DNA of 64,000 nucleotides, taken from positions 640,001-704,000 of the forward strand of contig JAVJNR010000004.1 in the NCBI GenBank assembly GCA_040217195.1. The letters are read 5' to 3'. The notes under the pieces were generated by a model. The model was not told the DNA's origin and made no database searches. It worked only from the letters and a program-made list of their open reading frames with translations. This DNA comes from Leptospiraceae bacterium. GTDB lineage: Bacteria; Spirochaetota; Leptospiria; Leptospirales; Leptonemataceae. A program made the translations under genes and the position numbers. This document shows positions 59,893-64,000 of this stretch, one piece after another; position 1 is the first letter of the stretch; every line of letters begins with the position of its first letter.

Positions 59893-60684
59893 CTAAAAAT
59901 GCAATGCGATGAAATCCTGAAGTGCATTCAAGGTGTCTCGATCATCCGTCAATGGCTCGGCGATTGCAACCTGACAGGCCAGCCTGGGTGGTAACCCGGA
60001 TTGAATCAACCTGGCGGCATCTACAAGTAATCGAGTAGAAATCGTTTCCTGAATGGGCAGATCCGGAGCCTTTCGAATTCTCTGGGCCAGACGGACCAGA
60101 GCTTTAATACTGGGACCATTGAATCCGGTTTCTCCGATGACGATTTCCATTTCAGTATCTGGATCCGGGTAATCGAAGCTGATGGAAACGAACCTCTGCC
60201 TGGTGGAAGGCTTCATCTCCCTTGTGCCCTTTTGGTAGCCCGGGTTAAAGCTGGCTACAAGCATGAATTCAGGTGGCGCTACCAGCTCTTCGGTTCTACG
60301 TTCAAGAAAGAGGCAACGACGATGATCCGTCAAAGAATGGATGGCGACCAGGGTATCAGGTCTGGCCTCTGCGATTTCATCCAGGTACAGAATGGCCCCT
60401 TCGCGAACGGCACGAGTCATAGGTCCATCGTTCCAGACTGTTTCGCCTCCGGAAATGAGGTATCGACCAAGCAAGTCCACAGCCGAGGTTTCTTCATGGC
60501 ATGCCACATTGATCAGGGGGCGGCCCAGGCTGGCTGCCATAAACTCTACCAGCCTGGACTTTCCTGTACCGGTGGGCCCCTTCAATAGAAGGGGCAACCG
60601 ATTGGCATAGGCATGCTCAAACACTTCCAGCTCCCGACCCACCGGTCGGTAATAGGGAAGGCTTTCACTTGCCACCTGATTCAT
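59893..60684 (-). CDS. norQ: NorQ MoxR AAA+ ATPase
   Basis: GPTGTGKS, YLDE, NPGYQ, KPSTRQRF. Confidence 0.95.
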   Translation of the reverse strand: MNQVASESLPYYRPVGRELEVFEHAYANRLPLLLKGPTGTGKSRLVEFMAASLGRPLINVACHEETSAVDLLGRYLISGGETVWNDGPMTRAVREGAILYLDEIAEARPDTLVAIHSLTDHRRCLFLERRTEELVAPPEFMLVASFNPGYQKGTREMKPSTRQRFVSISFDYPDPDTEMEIVIGETGFNGPSIKALVRLAQRIRKAPDLPIQETISTRLLVDAARLIQSGLPPRLACQVAIAEPLTDDRDTLNALQDFIALHF

Positions 60685-62051
60685 GCATTGGCTCCCAGTT
60701 CAGTGGCATCATCCTGCATATCCTGACCAACCATCTCATCGCTGGGCTGACCATAGCGAATGAATGTGTAGATAAACATCAAAATGCCAATGGCAAACAG
60801 AGAGGCCGCAAGCATTGCTCCGTAGAAATGCACCACGATTTCTTTTTGCACAGCCAGAAAATCCATACCCAGCTTTCGCTCCAGATATACCTGTGCAATG
60901 CCTGATACAGCGAAAGCTCCGGTCATTCCTACCATCCCAATGTTGGAAAACCAGAAGGCCAGATAACCCGTCATATTGTTCATCAGATTTCGACCGGTCA
61001 TATTTGGCATCACATATGAGATGATGGCAAATATCAGCATCGCATAAGCGCCCCAGAAAGCCAGGTGACCGTGCATCGCAGTAATCAATGTACCATGAGT
61101 CCATTTGTTAACTGCCGGCCAGGTGTGTGCGAATCCCAGGAATCCGGCTCCCACAAAAGACATCACTGCGCAACCCAGAGTCCAGTACAGTGCAATCTTA
61201 TTGGGATGGTTTCGTCCTTTTCGGCGATACATATTGATCGCCCAGATAGCCATTCCCAGAAAAGCCAGGGGCTCCAGAGCAGAGAAAAGTCCGCCAATCA
61301 TGAGCCAGTAACCGGGTGTTCCAATCCAGTAGTAATGGTGACCTGTTCCCAGAATGCCGGACAGAAAGGTAAGTCCTACCACAACATAGAGCCATTTTTC
61401 TACAACTTCCCGGTCCACTCCTGTTAACTTGATCAACAGAAATGCAAGCACGGATCCCATGATCAATTCCCAGACCCCTTCAACCCATAGATGGACTACC
61501 CACCAGCGATAGAATGAATCCAGCGTCTGATTATCAAACCAGATCATTCCAGGCAAATACAGCAATGCAGCCGAGAACAATCCGAAGAATAATACCATTT
61601 GAGTGGTGCTATTTTTCTCTGCTTTCCAGATGGTCATCCCAATGATGTACAGAAATAGAAGAATGTTCGCCACCACCAGATAATCCAGCGGTCTGGGAAT
61701 CTCCAGAAACTTCCTTCCTTCCCACCAACCGAAGTGAAAACCAGCCACAGCAACGACACCTACAAGCAGCCAGGAAACGAGCTGCAGTATTGCCAGACGT
61801 GGAGCATAGAGTTCCCTTCCGGATTCTTCTGGAATCACGTAATACGCGGATCCCATAAAGCCAGTTAGAAGCCAGACAACCAGAAGGTTGATATGTGTAG
61901 TTCGCGCTACATTGAATGGAATCCAATCATGCAGACCGTCCATGCCAATCCTTGCAAATAGCATGATAAAACCGTACACCATTTGCAAAGTTAGAAGCAA
62001 CATGGCTGCGGCGAAAAAATAATAAGCAATCTTTTGCGTTTTGTATTTCAT
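60681..62051 (-). CDS. norB: Cytochrome c-dependent nitric oxide reductase large subunit
   Basis: WWVVHLWVEGVWE, GTGHHYYWIG, HGHLAFWG. Confidence 0.97.
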   Translation of the reverse strand: MKYKTQKIAYYFFAAAMLLLTLQMVYGFIMLFARIGMDGLHDWIPFNVARTTHINLLVVWLLTGFMGSAYYVIPEESGRELYAPRLAILQLVSWLLVGVVAVAGFHFGWWEGRKFLEIPRPLDYLVVANILLFLYIIGMTIWKAEKNSTTQMVLFFGLFSAALLYLPGMIWFDNQTLDSFYRWWVVHLWVEGVWELIMGSVLAFLLIKLTGVDREVVEKWLYVVVGLTFLSGILGTGHHYYWIGTPGYWLMIGGLFSALEPLAFLGMAIWAINMYRRKGRNHPNKIALYWTLGCAVMSFVGAGFLGFAHTWPAVNKWTHGTLITAMHGHLAFWGAYAMLIFAIISYVMPNMTGRNLMNNMTGYLAFWFSNIGMVGMTGAFAVSGIAQVYLERKLGMDFLAVQKEIVVHFYGAMLAASLFAIGILMFIYTFIRYGQPSDEMVGQDMQDDATELGANA

Positions 62052-62060
62052 GTAGCCCCC

Positions 62061-62783
62061 CTATTTTAAAGTCATCAGATAGTCCACTATGGACGTCACT
62101 TCCTGCTCATTGAGAGGAAGCTTTGGCATGGTTGTACCTTCTTTTACTGCCTGAGGATCCTTCAGCCATTTCACCAGATAGCCTCGATCAAACCGATTGG
62201 CCACACCGTCCAGGGCCGGGCCCACATTTCCGCCCTTTCCATCTACTTGATGGCAGGCTACACAGAGTGATTTGAACTTTGCCGGCGCCTGAGCCACGGC
62301 CGGAGTATCTGCTGCTTCTGGCAGGGTTGGTGCCTCCGAAGTTCGAGTACCCGGAATGGTACTGGTGGAGATATTTGGCTCCGGGGGCCATCCATTGGTA
62401 TCGATGTTTCCCACCCATTTCAGAAAGGCGATGATATCATCCATCTCCTGGTCATTGAAATCATACTGAACCATTTTCCTTTCACCGGGAAACATGGCCT
62501 CTGGATCCTTGATAAAAATCCGAATCCACTCTTCTCCTCGTTTATCCACGACTTTGGTTAAATCCGGGGCATAGTAGGCGCCTTCACCGAGGATGGTGTG
62601 ACAGCCCATACAGTTTTCTCTTTCCCAGATTTCCTTGCCGCGGATTACAGATTCGCTCAATTCATGCTCATTGGTTCTTTCAGCCATTTGCCGGTGGGTA
62701 TCCACCGTCAGGCCCAGAAAGACGGCGCTAAATAAAGCCGTCCCTCCCAGAAAGAACGCTCTGGCCTGTGATTTAGAAAGCAT
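62061..62783 (-). CDS. norC: NorC with a second, C-terminal cytochrome c domain
   Basis: MLSKSQAR.FF, CMGCHTILGEGAYYAPDL; Pro/Thr/Ala linker; CVACH...MP. Confidence 0.93.
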   Translation of the reverse strand: MLSKSQARAFFLGGTALFSAVFLGLTVDTHRQMAERTNEHELSESVIRGKEIWERENCMGCHTILGEGAYYAPDLTKVVDKRGEEWIRIFIKDPEAMFPGERKMVQYDFNDQEMDDIIAFLKWVGNIDTNGWPPEPNISTSTIPGTRTSEAPTLPEAADTPAVAQAPAKFKSLCVACHQVDGKGGNVGPALDGVANRFDRGYLVKWLKDPQAVKEGTTMPKLPLNEQEVTSIVDYLMTLK

Positions 62784-62839
62784 AGTTCCGCTCCTGCGCT
62801 CAATTTGGTGGAGCATAGACCGAAAAGAGTCTGAATTCC

Positions 62840-62853
62840 TTGATTCAGATCAA
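62840..62853 (-). promoter_or_regulatory. FNR/DNR box, norC promoter
   Basis: TTGAT-TCAG-ATCAA; -10 TATGCT 22 nt downstream. Confidence 0.9.
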
Positions 62854-63173
62854 TGAGGAGAAATTCATCTCTGCTCCACCGCCCTCGGTCATAAGGCCTA
62901 TATTGCTATTGTCCAATGTTTTTAATGGATTCGATGGATTTACGGTGATTAAAATTCAATGAGCATGGCAATAACGTTATAACCAGTCCTTCCTATAAGC
63001 CGTTGCAGGCGTTTAATAATTAAATAGCAATAATGATGGAACGCTAATACGCTATACCATTCTGGTGATTTAATTCGCGCATTGAGATTGGATCATGGAC
63101 CGCCGGGGGGAATGAGCCCCCTTTCGGAGGCCCAACGCCCATGGAAAGGCTTTCCGTCCCGGTAAAGGGTGGA

Positions 63174-63590
63174 TCAATTCTTCTGTTTCTGAACCAGGTT
63201 CTGGAGCCTTTTACGCAGCTCAGGGTCACTATCCAATCGCTGAATAATCTGATTGAACTGGTCAACGGAAAGGCCTGTGCTTTTGATTGCTTTACGCATA
63301 TTCAAACCAGCTTCTTTTTTAAGAGCATCTCTTTCTGATTTAGTCTTCAGACTCTTGAGCTCTGGACCAACATCCTTTCGAATCTGAGCCACTTTACTAT
63401 AGGCCATGGCAAACTTCTGCAATTGTTGATCGCTGGTTTTCTTGTCGCTGGAGGAACTCTCCCCGGCTACCGATTCAGAAGTAACATCGCCGGTAGGTTT
63501 ACCTTCTGCCTTTGCTCCTTCCTGAGCAGGTTCTGCAACGGCTACGGTTGTAACCAATAATGTTAAGAGGAATCCAATAATGTATCTCAT
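63174..63590 (-). CDS. DUF4168-like exported helical protein
   Basis: Signal peptide; SDQQLQKFA...GLSVDQFNQI...DPEL. Confidence 0.75.
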   Translation of the reverse strand: MRYIIGFLLTLLVTTVAVAEPAQEGAKAEGKPTGDVTSESVAGESSSSDKKTSDQQLQKFAMAYSKVAQIRKDVGPELKSLKTKSERDALKKEAGLNMRKAIKSTGLSVDQFNQIIQRLDSDPELRKRLQNLVQKQKN

Positions 63591-63876
63591 CTCTAACTCC
63601 TTGATAGTTTTGACCTACCTCGCCAGACTTCTGGCAATCCGGGGTCCCGGCAGCAAGCCACTGTGGGACGCATCGACCAGATCACTCAGAACTTTAAGAG
63701 CTGATATAGGCCATAGAGGTCACCTCATGAAAGTAGGCGACAGAATCAAGGATGGATCATAAGAATCCTGTCCGACTTTTTTGGCCTCCATTGAATTTGT
63801 CCGACAATGATCGACAATAATCTCTGTCCGACAGCCGGCCCAGAAAGTCTCTGTTCAACGCGTCCCGGCGAAGGAA

Positions 63877-63999
63877 TCAGGGGTTTCGATGACATCGAAG
63901 TGGTTTTCCTTCTGGTGTAAAGAGTGCCTGCAGAGTCAGCGCTTTATCTGGCGCTGTGTTGCGATAATCATGAACGCATTCGCCGGCCTCTGCTTTGCG
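63877..63999 (-). CDS. C-terminal fragment of a possible cupin-like protein entering from the window edge
   Basis: Open frame RKAEAGECVHDYRNTAPDKALTLQALFTPEGKPLRCHRNP*. Confidence 0.35.
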   Translation of the reverse strand, partial: RKAEAGECVHDYRNTAPDKALTLQALFTPEGKPLRCHRNP

Positions 64000-64000
64000 A

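Noticed and set aside
62901..63032. 10-bp inverted repeat TATTGCTATT/AATAGCAATA as MITE ends
   Set aside because: AT-rich context, no target-site duplication and no second copy seen

Overview
Bacterial chromosomal window, probably from a Leptospiraceae-like spirochaete. This is inferred from the 7TM-HAMP-SpoIIE-TPR protein, the 7TM adenylate cyclase, the membrane AraC protein and the lipoprotein signals; no marker gene was checked. The left half (1-41 kb) mixes housekeeping and accessory genes: a PBP/class D beta-lactamase-like gene missed by the ORF track, rpiB, gap, pgk, a CarF/TMEM189-like desaturase, a YHYH/MORN/SCO/AraC operon, a GNAT-nitrilase, a U32 protein with ferredoxin, nfeD-SPFH, and a TetR/DUF819/S1P-lyase/FadL-like group. 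The right half (41.4-62.9 kb) is a nitrite/NO respiration island with nirK (cytochrome c fusion), norCBQD, norE, a Dnr-like Crp/Fnr regulator, nsrR and many poorly characterised accessory genes. Nine FNR/DNR boxes with class II promoter spacing and one NsrR box can be read directly from the DNA. The most interesting candidates are: (1) a CxxC...RDPP DUF2946-like leader whose Pro-Ser codons are complementary to the ribosome-binding site of a downstream Met-rich outer-membrane protein, suggesting arrest-peptide control of copper uptake; (2) an FNR-box-driven ~140-nt sRNA; (3) a DUF2249/DUF1858/membrane/DUF59 operon sharing one FNR box with a hemerythrin; (4) the YHYH-MORN-SCO-AraC operon; (5) a probable CTG start codon for norD. 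No rRNA, tRNA, CRISPR array or mobile element was recognised. All family assignments come from motif recognition by eye, not database searches.
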